A stretch of DNA of 64,000 nucleotides from assembly GCA_944387575.1 (NCBI GenBank), contig CALXFK010000043.1, positions 3,892-67,891 of the forward strand, given 5' to 3'. This stretch comes from an uncultured Clostridia bacterium (GTDB lineage Bacteria > Bacillota > Clostridia > Oscillospirales > JAAYOS01). The notes under the pieces are model-generated. The model was not told where the DNA came from and searched no databases. It saw nothing but the letters and a program-made list of their open reading frames with translations. Below, piece by piece: positions 19,685 to 29,074 of this stretch; position 1 is the first letter of the stretch, and each line of letters begins with the position of its first letter. The translations under genes were made by a program, and so were the position numbers.

Positions 19685-20122
19685 TTAGCCCCCGATCTCC
19701 TCCACGACAGCCTTGACCCCTTCGATATTCACAACACGCACCTTCGCACCCGCCTGCGCAGGCTCGTTTGTCGCGGTGCGCGCACTCCAAACGTTTCCCC
19801 CGACCAGTACCTGACCGCGGTTCTTGAGGTTGTCTATCTCTTCTGTCACAACTCCTGTCTGCCCGATCATCCGGTCTGCGTTCGTCGCCTGTTTTTTCTG
19901 GTTGATACTGCGGATCGCTATCGGACGGGTCGCGATGAGCAGTGCGAGGCTGACCACAAGGCAAAGCGCTATCTGCAACCACAGCGGCGCCCCGAAGAGA
20001 GCACTCACAAGAGCCACTAGTGAACCGCCGGCGAACCATATCGAAACGAGGACTCCCGGCGTCATTGCTTCACCTATCATGAACAGCACCATTAGACCTA
20101 TCCATATCCATATCATTGGCAC
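19685..20122 (-). CDS. NfeD-family membrane protein
   Basis: Three TM segments plus a C-terminal OB-fold (GQTGVV...G.V.V.G..W.A). It lies upstream of the SPFH gene, the classic NfeD-stomatin pair. Confidence 0.8.
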   Translation of the reverse strand: MPMIWIWIGLMVLFMIGEAMTPGVLVSIWFAGGSLVALVSALFGAPLWLQIALCLVVSLALLIATRPIAIRSINQKKQATNADRMIGQTGVVTEEIDNLKNRGQVLVGGNVWSARTATNEPAQAGAKVRVVNIEGVKAVVEEIGG

Positions 20123-20192
20123 GACCCCCTTTCAAGGTAAGTATATCATCCGCCCTTCCTCTTGTAAAGCGTTTTATCGGTGCAAAACACAC

Positions 20193-20221
20193 TTGAAACC
20201 TCTGCGGAGCGGTGATATACT
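20193..20221 (+). promoter_or_regulatory. candidate sigma-A promoter of the CDF transporter gene
   Basis: TTGAAA - 17 nt - TATACT, with TGA just upstream of the -10 (extended -10-like). Confidence 0.5.
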
Positions 20222-20310
20222 TTATAAACATATGTGTATGTTTTATGTTTATATGTTGTGTGCCATGCGTCCCATGCAGTGCACACCGGCATTTTATTGG
20301 AGGAAATACA

Positions 20311-21477
20311 ATGGTCACCCTGCTCGCGCGGCTCTTCATCCGAAACTGGAACAATACCGCAGACCCGGCTGTACGACGTGCATACGGCACTCTTTGCAGC
20401 GTATTCGGAATATTTCTAAACATCCTGCTCTCCGCCGGGAAATTTGTCGTCGGTGCGGCGAGCGGCTCGGTCGCCATCACGGCGGACGCCGCAAACAACC
20501 TCTCCGACGCAGGCTCTTCACTCATCACTCTTGCCGGGTTCTTCTTCGCGGGAAGGCAGGCAGACGATGAGCACCCGTTCGGTCACGGTCGGGCGGAGTA
20601 CATATCCGGGCTTGCTGTGTCGGCAGTGATACTTATTATGGGCTTTGACCTTGCAAAGACGTCTTTTTCAAAGATCCTTCATCCGTCACCGGTGGACACC
20701 GGATGGGCGTCTTTCGTGGTGCTCGGCGCATCCATCCTCGTAAAGCTGTACATGTTTTTCTACAACCGGAAGATAGGTCGAAAGATAGACTCTGGCGCAA
20801 TGCGTGCCACCGCACTCGACAGTTTCAGCGACGTGGCTGCAACCTCGGTCGTACTGCTATCCGCCGCCGTATCCGCTATCTTTAAACTGAATATAGACGG
20901 CTGGTGCGGTGCGGCGGTCTCACTTTTCATCTGCTACTCCGGCATAAACGCCGCACGGGACACGCTGAGCCCACTGCTCGGCAGCGCTCCCGACCCGGAG
21001 TTCGTGCGCCAGGTGGAGGAGATAGTGCTCGCACACCCCGAGATAAGTGGGATACACGACCTCATCGTCCACGACTATGGTCCGGGTCGCCGTATAATCT
21101 CGCTGCACGGTGAGGTGGACGGCAGGGGCGATATCTATGTGCTGCACGGTGTGATAGACGCAATAGAGATCGAGCTCGCCCGAAAGTTACACTGCGAGGC
21201 GGTCATACACATGGACCCGGTCGCGGTGGAGGACGAGCGTACCGTGAAACTGCGCAGCATGTGCCTTGAACTTGCGCAGCAGATAGACCCAAGGATAGCC
21301 ATCCACGACTTCCGTATAGTGCCGAGCGGCGAAGTGACCAATCTCGTCTTTGACGCGGTCGTGCCGAAGGGATTCAAGCTCCGCGACGACGAGACGCGGC
21401 GGCGCATCGTTGATGCGGTACAACATGAGCTCGAGGGATGCCGCGCTGTGGTGAAGATCGACCGGTCATACATATAG
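20311..21477 (+). CDS. cation diffusion facilitator (CDF) family transporter
   Basis: SVAITADAANNLSDAGSS (TM2 metal site), HPFGHGRAEY, TM5 D..SD and a C-terminal cytoplasmic domain. The ATG at 20311 sits behind GGAGGAAA. Confidence 0.9.
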   Translation: MVTLLARLFIRNWNNTADPAVRRAYGTLCSVFGIFLNILLSAGKFVVGAASGSVAITADAANNLSDAGSSLITLAGFFFAGRQADDEHPFGHGRAEYISGLAVSAVILIMGFDLAKTSFSKILHPSPVDTGWASFVVLGASILVKLYMFFYNRKIGRKIDSGAMRATALDSFSDVAATSVVLLSAAVSAIFKLNIDGWCGAAVSLFICYSGINAARDTLSPLLGSAPDPEFVRQVEEIVLAHPEISGIHDLIVHDYGPGRRIISLHGEVDGRGDIYVLHGVIDAIEIELARKLHCEAVIHMDPVAVEDERTVKLRSMCLELAQQIDPRIAIHDFRIVPSGEVTNLVFDAVVPKGFKLRDDETRRRIVDAVQHELEGCRAVVKIDRSYI

Positions 21478-21522
21478 TTTAAAGCCGGCATGTGCGCCGA
21501 AGAAATACGGCAGGACACAGAA

Positions 21523-21550
21523 CGCCCCGCGAACCAGAGTTCGCGGGGCG
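21523..21550. terminator. bidirectional terminator between the CDF gene and rplS
   Basis: Hairpin cgccccgcgaac / caga / gttcgcggggcg. Confidence 0.7.
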
Positions 21551-21572
21551 CACCATTTTGAGAATTTTAAGC

Positions 21573-21914
21573 TTAGATGTCCTCTTTGACCTTTGCGCGC
21601 TTACCAACGCGACCACGCAGGTAGTAGAGCTTGGCACGGCGCACTTTGCCCTTCCGGACAAGAGTGATGTCCGCGATATTCGGGGAATGGACCGGGAAAA
21701 CCTTCTCCACGCCGACACCGTACGAAAGACGGCGGACGGTGATGGTCTCGGATATACCGCCATGCTTACGGGCGATGATCGTACCCTCGAACACCTGGAT
21801 CCTCTCACGATTGCCTTCCTTTATCTTGACATGAACGCGAACGGTGTCGCCGATGTTCATGACCGGAAGCTCGCTCTTCATGTACTGCTTGCTGAGAGCG
21901 TTTACGAGATCCAT
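21573..21914 (-). CDS. rplS: 50S ribosomal protein L19
   Basis: 113 aa. ...[36 protein letters not shown]... is unmistakably L19. Confidence 0.97.
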   Translation of the reverse strand: MDLVNALSKQYMKSELPVMNIGDTVRVHVKIKEGNRERIQVFEGTIIARKHGGISETITVRRLSYGVGVEKVFPVHSPNIADITLVRKGKVRRAKLYYLRGRVGKRAKVKEDI

Positions 21915-21993
21915 AGTCGAAATCCTCCTCTCTTTTCAGACGTTCGTGCCGCAAGAGTAAATAGGGGCGGCAGAGGACCGTCCATTGTCACGC
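21915..21993 (-). promoter_or_regulatory. rplS 5' leader (possible L19 autoregulatory leader)
   Basis: About 80 nt GC-rich leader between a strong promoter and the rplS RBS. L19 leaders are known in Firmicutes, but I cannot verify the fold by eye. Confidence 0.3.
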
Positions 21994-21999
21994 CAGAAG

Positions 22000-22028
22000 A
22001 TTATATCATCTCCTGGTGAAAAATGCAA
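22000..22028 (-). promoter_or_regulatory. sigma-A promoter of rplS
   Basis: Minus strand reads TTGCAT - 17 nt - TATAAT. Confidence 0.6.
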
Positions 22029-22040
22029 GTCCTTTTTTAA

Positions 22041-23336
22041 TTATTTTCCCGAGATCGTCACTCCGTCGAACGCCGCCCAGGGCAGGACGCTCTGTCCGTC
22101 GCACGCGGTCTCGCGCGAGACCGCAGCAAGGCTCTGCATGAGCTCAACAAGGTTGCCGCTTATCATCGTCTCGCTCACCGCGTCGGTTATCTTTCCGTTC
22201 TCAATGAGGAAGCTGTTCTTCGCAACGCCGCTGAAATCGCCGTTCTGCGCCGGATCCCCGCCGCTGAAACGGTCGATTATAAGCCCGCGTCCGATGCCTG
22301 AAACAATCTCCTCGAGGCTCTTCTCGCCCGGCTTCACCCAGAGGTTCATGCTCTGGTTCGCCGCGCGTGCAAAGCCGGTCTTGAGCGAGGCGTAGTCCCC
22401 GATGGCGAAACCCTTCAGCACGCCGTCCTTGATATAGTCCATGTTCTCGCTTACAAAACCGCCGCTGAACCGCTCGCCGCAGACTATACGCGGGTCGAGC
22501 GGAATAGTGGACACGCAGAGACCCTCCGAAGCCACCTGCTCTCCTATGCGGTTCTTCCACGGACTCGTGCCGTCGATTATGACGCTGTCCGACATAAAGT
22601 TTCCAATGATAGAGCTGAGAAAACCGGCAAGGCAGCCGGGCGTGAATATGACGCGCCCCACCATCTTATCCCCGAACGACCGGGTAGCCAGCGACTTGAC
22701 CGCTCCCTCCAGCGTGTTGCGATGAAGGTCCATATCTATGATGCGGCGGTCAAGGTCATACATACTCGCACCGAACCCGCAGAACGACGACGAACGTTCC
22801 CCATCGTGTGCTGAGAACATCGCCTCTATGCCGTACTCCCCGCCAATCGAATTGAACACCGTCCCGTTCGTGTTCATGTACAGGCTCTCCTCGTGGTCGA
22901 ACTGAGCGATGACCTGCTCGAGCATGATGAGCGGATAATCTTTTCGCACATCCTCGATATACTCGCGCATACGGTCGTAGAGAAGCGCGGTATCCGGCTG
23001 CTGCGGACCGTCCTCGAAACTGTGCTCGCCGACGCCGGGCGCGATACGCTCCGCCGAATCCGGCTTTCCGCTCTTCGCGGCAGCAATGCAGTTCTCTATG
23101 GCGGCGTCTATCGACTCGCGGTCGAGACGGTTTATCGCGGCATTGCCCTTGCGCCCGCCGACGATTGCCTTCATCGACAGACCGCTGTTGAACAGAGTGC
23201 GCATGAGGCTGAACTCGCCGCCGTCTATGTTGAGCTCGTCGGTCGAACCCTGCGAAACCCCGACCGAGGCGCCCTCCGCACCGCTCTTCATCAGTTTGTC
23301 AAGTGTATATTCGGCTATTTCACGCTTATTCATCAA
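22041..23336 (-). CDS. pmbA: TldD/PmbA-family metallopeptidase (PmbA-like subunit)
   Basis: 431 aa, downstream of a TldD paralog. C-terminal motifs (GGDP.NGDFSG.A...FLIENGKI) are typical of the family. Confidence 0.85.
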   Translation of the reverse strand: MMNKREIAEYTLDKLMKSGAEGASVGVSQGSTDELNIDGGEFSLMRTLFNSGLSMKAIVGGRKGNAAINRLDRESIDAAIENCIAAAKSGKPDSAERIAPGVGEHSFEDGPQQPDTALLYDRMREYIEDVRKDYPLIMLEQVIAQFDHEESLYMNTNGTVFNSIGGEYGIEAMFSAHDGERSSSFCGFGASMYDLDRRIIDMDLHRNTLEGAVKSLATRSFGDKMVGRVIFTPGCLAGFLSSIIGNFMSDSVIIDGTSPWKNRIGEQVASEGLCVSTIPLDPRIVCGERFSGGFVSENMDYIKDGVLKGFAIGDYASLKTGFARAANQSMNLWVKPGEKSLEEIVSGIGRGLIIDRFSGGDPAQNGDFSGVAKNSFLIENGKITDAVSETMISGNLVELMQSLAAVSRETACDGQSVLPWAAFDGVTISGK

Positions 23337-23370
23337 AACAGACCCCTTTCTGATAAAGATAACGCGGGCA

Positions 23371-24753
23371 TCAGCGTCCGCCTATATTCACACGGCACTT
23401 GATAGCCGGACCGCCCATACCAACCGGCATCGGCTGCTTCTTGCCGCAGAAACCGGAGGAAAGCCAGACATTGTCGTCCGAGAGCATGTCCACCGTCTTG
23501 AGCATGTCGAACGCGACGCCGGATATAGTCGTATCGCGTATAGCGCGACCTATCTTGCCGTGTTTTATCTCGTAGCCGAGGTTTATTCCGAACATGAACT
23601 CGCCGGTCGTGTCCGCCTGACCGTTGCCGGTCTCGACGAGGTAGTACCCGTCGTCTATCGCGGCTATCATGTCCTCGAGCTTCGACTTTCCGGGGATTAT
23701 TCCTGTGTTGCGCATACGTATCAGAGGTTCGTCACTGAACAGGTAGGCGCGCGCGTTACCGTGCGGGGTCATGCCGAACCGCTCCGCGCTCTCGCGGTTG
23801 TTCATGTACCCGGTGAGTATTCCATCCTTTATCAACACCTCATCGGACGCGGGGGTCCCCTCGTCGTCCACGTACACCGGCAGTGGCGCGGGAGACCCGT
23901 CGTGCAGGGTGTTCGCGAAGTCCACCATCGTCACAAGCTCGCTTGCGACCTGCCGCCCGAGCATCGGTCCCGCGACCGAGCCGCCGAGCACGAGGTCGGC
24001 TTCCACCGTGTGACCGACAGCCTCATGTGCGAGCATACCTGCGAGGTTCGGGTGCATGACCACGTCCTTCACCCCCGCGTCGGCGTACACGCCGTCTGCC
24101 TTCTGCATTAGGCGGGTGTAAAGAGCGTCGACCTTCTCGTCTAACGCTGCGGGATCCTTGAAAATGTCGGTAAACCAGCCCCTGCCCCCCATGACCTCGT
24201 ACAGCTCGACCGTCCCGCCGAGCTTATCCGGCACGGTCAGTGTAACATATATATAGCTGCGCGGCATGAGCGAATAGCTGTCAAACCCGTCCGCCACCAC
24301 GAGGAGCTTTTCCATCGAGTCGGAGCTTGCGACCACGCGCCGCGACACAAGCCCGGGATACCGCTCGGCTATCCTCGCGTCGAGCGCGCGCACAAATTCC
24401 ACATAGTGACGCTGCTCCACATCATTGACGTCCAGCTTCATACGGTACTCGCCGCGCTCGACCGACGGAAACGCCTTCTCGCCCTTACCGACGCGGCTAT
24501 CCATAAAGACCGCGTTCCGTTCTGCTGCCTCAAGGACGTTGCGCACATTTTCGTCGGTGTAGTCGGCGCCGGACGCGAACCCGTACACGCCATTCTTGTA
24601 CACGCGGGCAGAAACTCCGCCGACGTCGGTGCGCGAGTTGGCTACTATCTCCCCGGCAAGGACGGCAACCCTGCGCGAGGTGTTCTGCTGCGCGCGAAGC
24701 TCTGTATGAAGGCTGAATCCACCCCTGTACTGCGATATAATGTCTTTTAACAT
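23371..24753 (-). CDS. tldD: TldD-family metallopeptidase
   Basis: HEAVGHTVEAD metal-binding motif and GNGQADTTGEFMFG. 460 aa. Confidence 0.85.
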   Translation of the reverse strand: MLKDIISQYRGGFSLHTELRAQQNTSRRVAVLAGEIVANSRTDVGGVSARVYKNGVYGFASGADYTDENVRNVLEAAERNAVFMDSRVGKGEKAFPSVERGEYRMKLDVNDVEQRHYVEFVRALDARIAERYPGLVSRRVVASSDSMEKLLVVADGFDSYSLMPRSYIYVTLTVPDKLGGTVELYEVMGGRGWFTDIFKDPAALDEKVDALYTRLMQKADGVYADAGVKDVVMHPNLAGMLAHEAVGHTVEADLVLGGSVAGPMLGRQVASELVTMVDFANTLHDGSPAPLPVYVDDEGTPASDEVLIKDGILTGYMNNRESAERFGMTPHGNARAYLFSDEPLIRMRNTGIIPGKSKLEDMIAAIDDGYYLVETGNGQADTTGEFMFGINLGYEIKHGKIGRAIRDTTISGVAFDMLKTVDMLSDDNVWLSSGFCGKKQPMPVGMGGPAIKCRVNIGGR

Positions 24754-24773
24754 TCTACCATGTCCTTTCTGTT

Positions 24774-25703
24774 TTATCTGTTGTCCGCGCTTTTGAACCC
24801 GCGCCCGACAACTTCCCTTGCATTTGTGAGGATCATGAACGAGTCCGGGTCCGCCGCTGCGACGACCCTCTTCAGAGCGAGCGACTCATGGCTGCGCACC
24901 GCGCAGAGCAGCGTCGTGCGCTCCTTTCCGGAGAACATGCCCTGCGAGTCCATCGCAGTCACCCCGCGACCTAGCCCATCGAATATCGCCTCCGCGACTA
25001 CCTCCGGCTTGTTTGTGACTATGAACGCAGCCGACGAGCTATCCATACCACCGAGTATCGCGTCGAGCGCATAGCTCGCTATCGCCTGACGCACCACCGA
25101 ATAGAGCACTATCTCAAGGACATCCGACACCGTCCCGTTCGAATAGAAATAGCTCGCCGCGAGTATGACCACCGCGTTGCACGCAAGCTGCGCGCCGCCC
25201 ACGCTCCGCCCGGTGCGGAAGTTTATGAGCTTGGACACGATGTCGGTGCCGCCGGTGGTGCCGCCGCGTGAGAATATCAGTCCCATCGAGATACCGATGA
25301 CCGCGCCACCAAACATCGCCGAGAGCAGCTTGTCCCCCTCGTACACCGGCACGAACAACATGAATACATCGGTCAGCACCGAGCTCAGCAGCATACAGTA
25401 CGCACTGCGCACCACGAATCGCCGCCCGAGCGTCCGCCAGCTAAGAAGAAACAGCGGGACGTTGAGCACGATGGTCATGACGCCTATCGGCAGCCCGAAC
25501 AGATGGTTGAGCACCATCGCGATACCCGATATACCACCTACCGGCACCCCGGACGGGATGAGAAACATCACCATGCTCAGTGCGTACAGCGCCGACCCTC
25601 CGGTCATTACCGCCAAGTCGCGCGCGACCGCCCCCATCGTCTCTGGTATCAAACCGCTCGGACGGCGGGCGGGCGCATTGTTGTCGTTCCTATTTTCGCT
25701 CAC
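24774..25703 (-). CDS. YitT-family membrane protein (DUF2179 C-terminal domain)
   Basis: Multi-TM YitT core (GG.SG.A) and a C-terminal DUF2179-like domain. GTG at 25703 sits behind AGGAGGG and overlaps the upstream stop (GTGA). Confidence 0.8.
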   Translation of the reverse strand: MSENRNDNNAPARRPSGLIPETMGAVARDLAVMTGGSALYALSMVMFLIPSGVPVGGISGIAMVLNHLFGLPIGVMTIVLNVPLFLLSWRTLGRRFVVRSAYCMLLSSVLTDVFMLFVPVYEGDKLLSAMFGGAVIGISMGLIFSRGGTTGGTDIVSKLINFRTGRSVGGAQLACNAVVILAASYFYSNGTVSDVLEIVLYSVVRQAIASYALDAILGGMDSSSAAFIVTNKPEVVAEAIFDGLGRGVTAMDSQGMFSGKERTTLLCAVRSHESLALKRVVAAADPDSFMILTNAREVVGRGFKSADNR

Positions 25704-26107
25704 TTCGCACCCTCCTGACACGCTATTTCAAAGAGCTCCTCCAGCCGCTCGCGCCTGCCGAGCAGCCACAGCGCCCCGAACAACGCCTCAAGCCCGGTCG
25801 CGGCGTGGTAGTCGGCGTGACTTGCGTGGCGCGGAACGGTACCGGTATGCGCATTTCTGCCCCGCATGAAGAATTCACGCTCCTCCTCGTCGAGGAATGG
25901 CAGCACCCTCGCCGCAGAGACCGCCTGAGCCTCTGCGCTGACGTAGCCGAGGACCCGGCGGTGCTGAACGGCATTCGTAAGCGTGCCCGATGCGCAGATC
26001 TTCGTGCGCACCATCAGCTCAAACACGCCGTCGCCCACATGTGCAAGCGCAAGCGCATTCTTCGCCAACACCTCCCGCCGCTCAAACGACGGTGAAAGCA
26101 GTTCCAT
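25700..26107 (-). CDS. mrnC: Mini-ribonuclease 3
   Basis: LALAHVGDGVFELMVR RNase III signature in a protein of about 135 aa lacking a dsRBD. Confidence 0.8.
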   Translation of the reverse strand: MELLSPSFERREVLAKNALALAHVGDGVFELMVRTKICASGTLTNAVQHRRVLGYVSAEAQAVSAARVLPFLDEEEREFFMRGRNAHTGTVPRHASHADYHAATGLEALFGALWLLGRRERLEELFEIACQEGAK

Positions 26108-26127
26108 CACTCCACCCCTCTCATAAC

Positions 26128-28569
26128 TCACCGTCTCGTCATAAATTGCGATGCGGTGTTCAACATCATATGCTTGCGCCCTGCGCTTTCGAACTCTATC
26201 TCAAGCAGCGCATCTCCGCTGGTCTCCTTGACCGAAATGACCTCTCCGAGACCGAATGTCTTGTGCTCGACGACATCCCCCTCGTGCAGCGAGAGCCGGT
26301 TTGTCTTTTTCGCGCCCTGCGAGTACGCCTGCGGACGATAGCGGTACCGCTGCTGCTGGGGGCGACCTCCGCCGTCACGGCTCCCACGGCTGCCTCCGCC
26401 GCTCTCCGCAAACTCCCAGGTGCGCGCAGCGCGCCGCTGCGCGGCGAGCTGCTCGCTTTCCACCCGCTCCACGCAGTCCTCCGGGAGCTCGGCGAGAAAC
26501 CGACTCGGCGAGTTGTAGCTTGTGCGTCCGTATAACATGCGGCTGCGCGCATGTGTGAGCCACAGCCGCTTCCTTGCGCGTGTGATTCCGACATAGCACA
26601 GCCGCCGCTCCTCCTCGAGCTCCTCCTTGAAGCCAAGCGAGCGGTTGCCTGGAAACAGCTCGTCCTCCATGCCGCAGATGAACACGTTCGGGAACTCAAG
26701 ACCCTTTGCACTGTGCAGCGTCATCATTACGACGCGGTCGTCCTGCTCGTCGTACCTCTCAAGGTCGGTAAACAGCGACACCTCCTCGAGAAATCCGCCG
26801 AGCGTCGGCTCGTCGGTCTGCTCGCAGTACCGCACGATGTTCGACTTCAGCTCAAGCACGTTGTCTATGCGGTCCTGCGCCTTCGGGTCGCTTTCGAGCT
26901 TCGCCTCGTACATGCGCAGGTAGCCGGTTCTGTCGAGAAACTCGTCGTAGAACTCGTCGAGCGGGCGTTCCTCCGCTATCTGCGCAAGCTGTTCGATAAG
27001 CGCGGCGAACGCGCGCAGCCTCGCCGCCGCCCGGCTGAGTTCCGGGAACTCCGCCGCCCGCCTTATGACCTCAAAACAGGTTGTCCCGTTTGCCCGCGCA
27101 ATATCCTCGACGGCGGCGGTCGTAGTCCCGCCGATGCCGCGCGCGGGCACATTTATTATACGCATGAGACGCAGGTCGTCCGCGTGGTTGTGCACCGCCC
27201 ATAGATACGCGGTGACGTCCTTTATCTCCTGAGTGCCGAAGAACGGAGTGCCCCCGACAATGTGGTACGGGATCCCGCTGCGTATGAACACATCCTCGAT
27301 CCGGTTCGACTGCGCGTTCATCCGGTAGAGCACCGCGAAGTCGCGCAAGTTCCCGCCTGCGCGCACCCCGTCGAGAACTTTCTGCGCGATATACGCCGCC
27401 TCGTCCGAGTCATCGTACGCCGCATAGACCGTGACCGGGTCCCCGTCCCCGTTCGCAGTCCAGAGTTCCTTGCCTTTACGACCCGAGTTGTGCTCGATTA
27501 CATGGTTTGCGGCGCGGAGGATGTTTCCGGTCGAGCGGTAGTTCTGCTCAAGCTTTATGACCCGCGCCTGCGGGTGCCTTGCCGCCTGGTCGAAGGTGAG
27601 AATGTTCTCCACCGTCGCCCCGCGGAAGCGGTATATCGACTGGTCATCGTCCCCCACCACGCATATATTCTCGTATCCGCCCGCAATGAGTCGCGCAAAC
27701 TTGTCCTGAATGCCGTTCGTGTCCTGATACTCGTCGATGAGCACATACCTGAACTTGCGCTGGTAGTACTCAAGTATGTCCGGATTTGACTCGAGCAGCA
27801 CGACCGCAAGCAGTATGAGGTCGTCGAAGTCGAGCGCGTTTGCACCGCGCATCCTCCGCTCGTACTCCGCATATGCGCGCGCTATCGTCGCGGCGCGCCC
27901 GGCATCCGGCTCGAGACCGGAGCTGATGTACCCCGACGCGAATACCTCCGAGCTCTTCGCCTCGCTTATCTTGTGCAGCAGCGAGCGCGCGGAAAAAAGC
28001 CTCTCGTCCAGCCGAAGCGACGAGATTATGTCCTTCATCACCCGCTCGCAGTCGCTCGTGTCGTATATCGCAAAGCCGCGCTGGTAGCCGAGCCGCTCGA
28101 TGTCCCTTCGCAGAATGCGCACGCACGCCGAGTGGAAGGTGGATGCCCAGATGTCGTCCGCAGCGCCGCCGAGCATCCGCGAAAGGCGCTCTTTCAGCTC
28201 CCCCGCCGCCTTATTTGTAAAGGTTATCGCGATGACGCTCCACGGTGGAGCCGGGTCGAGCGCACACAGCTTCTCCGCAGCTTCCCGCTCGTCCTCGTTC
28301 GGGCACGAGCAGAACCGCTCGAGAAACTCCACCTCGCTTTCGCCGACAAACGGCGGAATCTCGTCGGAGTCGCTTGCGCGACCGTATTTGACTATATTCG
28401 CGACCCGGTTGACAAGAACGGTCGTCTTTCCGCTGCCCGCGCCCGCGAGCACCAGCAGCGGACCCTCGGTGGCAAACACCGCCTCGAGCTGCATCCCGTT
28501 CAGCCCTCGAAAGTCGGACGCTATTATCTCCCTTCGTGCGATGAGAAACCTCTTCTCAAGCGAACTCAT
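26128..28569 (-). CDS. pcrA: ATP-dependent DNA helicase PcrA (UvrD family)
   Basis: Walker A AGAGSGKT, motifs DEYQDTN, VGDDDQSIY, TLHSAKGLEF, YVGITRA, plus a C-terminal Tudor-like tail. 813 aa. Confidence 0.93.
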   Translation of the reverse strand: MSSLEKRFLIARREIIASDFRGLNGMQLEAVFATEGPLLVLAGAGSGKTTVLVNRVANIVKYGRASDSDEIPPFVGESEVEFLERFCSCPNEDEREAAEKLCALDPAPPWSVIAITFTNKAAGELKERLSRMLGGAADDIWASTFHSACVRILRRDIERLGYQRGFAIYDTSDCERVMKDIISSLRLDERLFSARSLLHKISEAKSSEVFASGYISSGLEPDAGRAATIARAYAEYERRMRGANALDFDDLILLAVVLLESNPDILEYYQRKFRYVLIDEYQDTNGIQDKFARLIAGGYENICVVGDDDQSIYRFRGATVENILTFDQAARHPQARVIKLEQNYRSTGNILRAANHVIEHNSGRKGKELWTANGDGDPVTVYAAYDDSDEAAYIAQKVLDGVRAGGNLRDFAVLYRMNAQSNRIEDVFIRSGIPYHIVGGTPFFGTQEIKDVTAYLWAVHNHADDLRLMRIINVPARGIGGTTTAAVEDIARANGTTCFEVIRRAAEFPELSRAAARLRAFAALIEQLAQIAEERPLDEFYDEFLDRTGYLRMYEAKLESDPKAQDRIDNVLELKSNIVRYCEQTDEPTLGGFLEEVSLFTDLERYDEQDDRVVMMTLHSAKGLEFPNVFICGMEDELFPGNRSLGFKEELEEERRLCYVGITRARKRLWLTHARSRMLYGRTSYNSPSRFLAELPEDCVERVESEQLAAQRRAARTWEFAESGGGSRGSRDGGGRPQQQRYRYRPQAYSQGAKKTNRLSLHEGDVVEHKTFGLGEVISVKETSGDALLEIEFESAGRKHMMLNTASQFMTRR

Positions 28570-28688
28570 GTTCCCTCCGATAACCAGATATCATACTTCA
28601 AGTGCCGCGCATCCCGCGCGTAGTCACACACTGCCATTATACAATAACACCCGGCGCACTTCAATCTCTCACGCCCAGATATTTTCGC

Positions 28689-28717
28689 TTGACAAAATCC
28701 GCCGCGTGTGATATAAG
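28689..28717 (+). promoter_or_regulatory. candidate sigma-A promoter of the valS T-box leader
   Basis: TTGACA - 17 nt - TATAAG. Confidence 0.5.
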
Positions 28718-28719
28718 GT

Positions 28720-29040
28720 ATCTTTAGTAGAAGAATGATAAAGGCTCTGACGGGGAGGAGTACGCTCTCGCGCCGCATTTTCAGAGACAGGACGGGTGGT
28801 GCAAGTCCTGAGCGGCGGTTGCGGAAGGTCGCCCCCGAGCCGGCGCGCTGAACTCCGGCTTCCTCGCGTAGGCGCGCACGGGTTCTCCCGTTACAGGGAT
28901 GTGGCATGCGTATTTGCGCGCGTCATGATGAGAGCGTGGGGAGGAAAGCCCCACGAATTGCAGGTGGTACCGCGGATAAGCCGTCCGTCCTGGAAAACCG
29001 TGCCGATGGCACGTGTTTCAGGGCGGATTTATTTTTTTGC
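28720..29040 (+). promoter_or_regulatory. T-box leader (tRNA-Val responsive) with terminator/antiterminator
   Basis: Conserved T-box AATTGCAGGTGGTACCGCGG (about 28955-28975), AGAGA/AGTA stem I elements, and a candidate specifier GUC in GGAAGGUCG (28828-28830). The terminator helix is followed by ATTTATTTTTTT (to 29038). Confidence 0.85.
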
Positions 29041-29074
29041 AGCAATTGTGCAGAACTATGAGGAGGTTATTTCA

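Noticed and set aside
20123-20310. Possible NiCo (czcD) riboswitch or other metal riboswitch upstream of the CDF transporter
   Set aside because: The leader after the predicted promoter is only about 85 nt. It is AT-rich with loose TATGT-like repeats and lacks the GC-rich four-way-junction character of czcD elements.
23086-24111. 341-aa plus-strand ORF
   Set aside because: It is a shadow frame opposite pmbA and tldD.
28796-29074. 93-codon N-terminal extension of the valS ORF
   Set aside because: This region is the T-box leader, including its terminator. The true start is the ATG at 29075 behind GAGGAGG.
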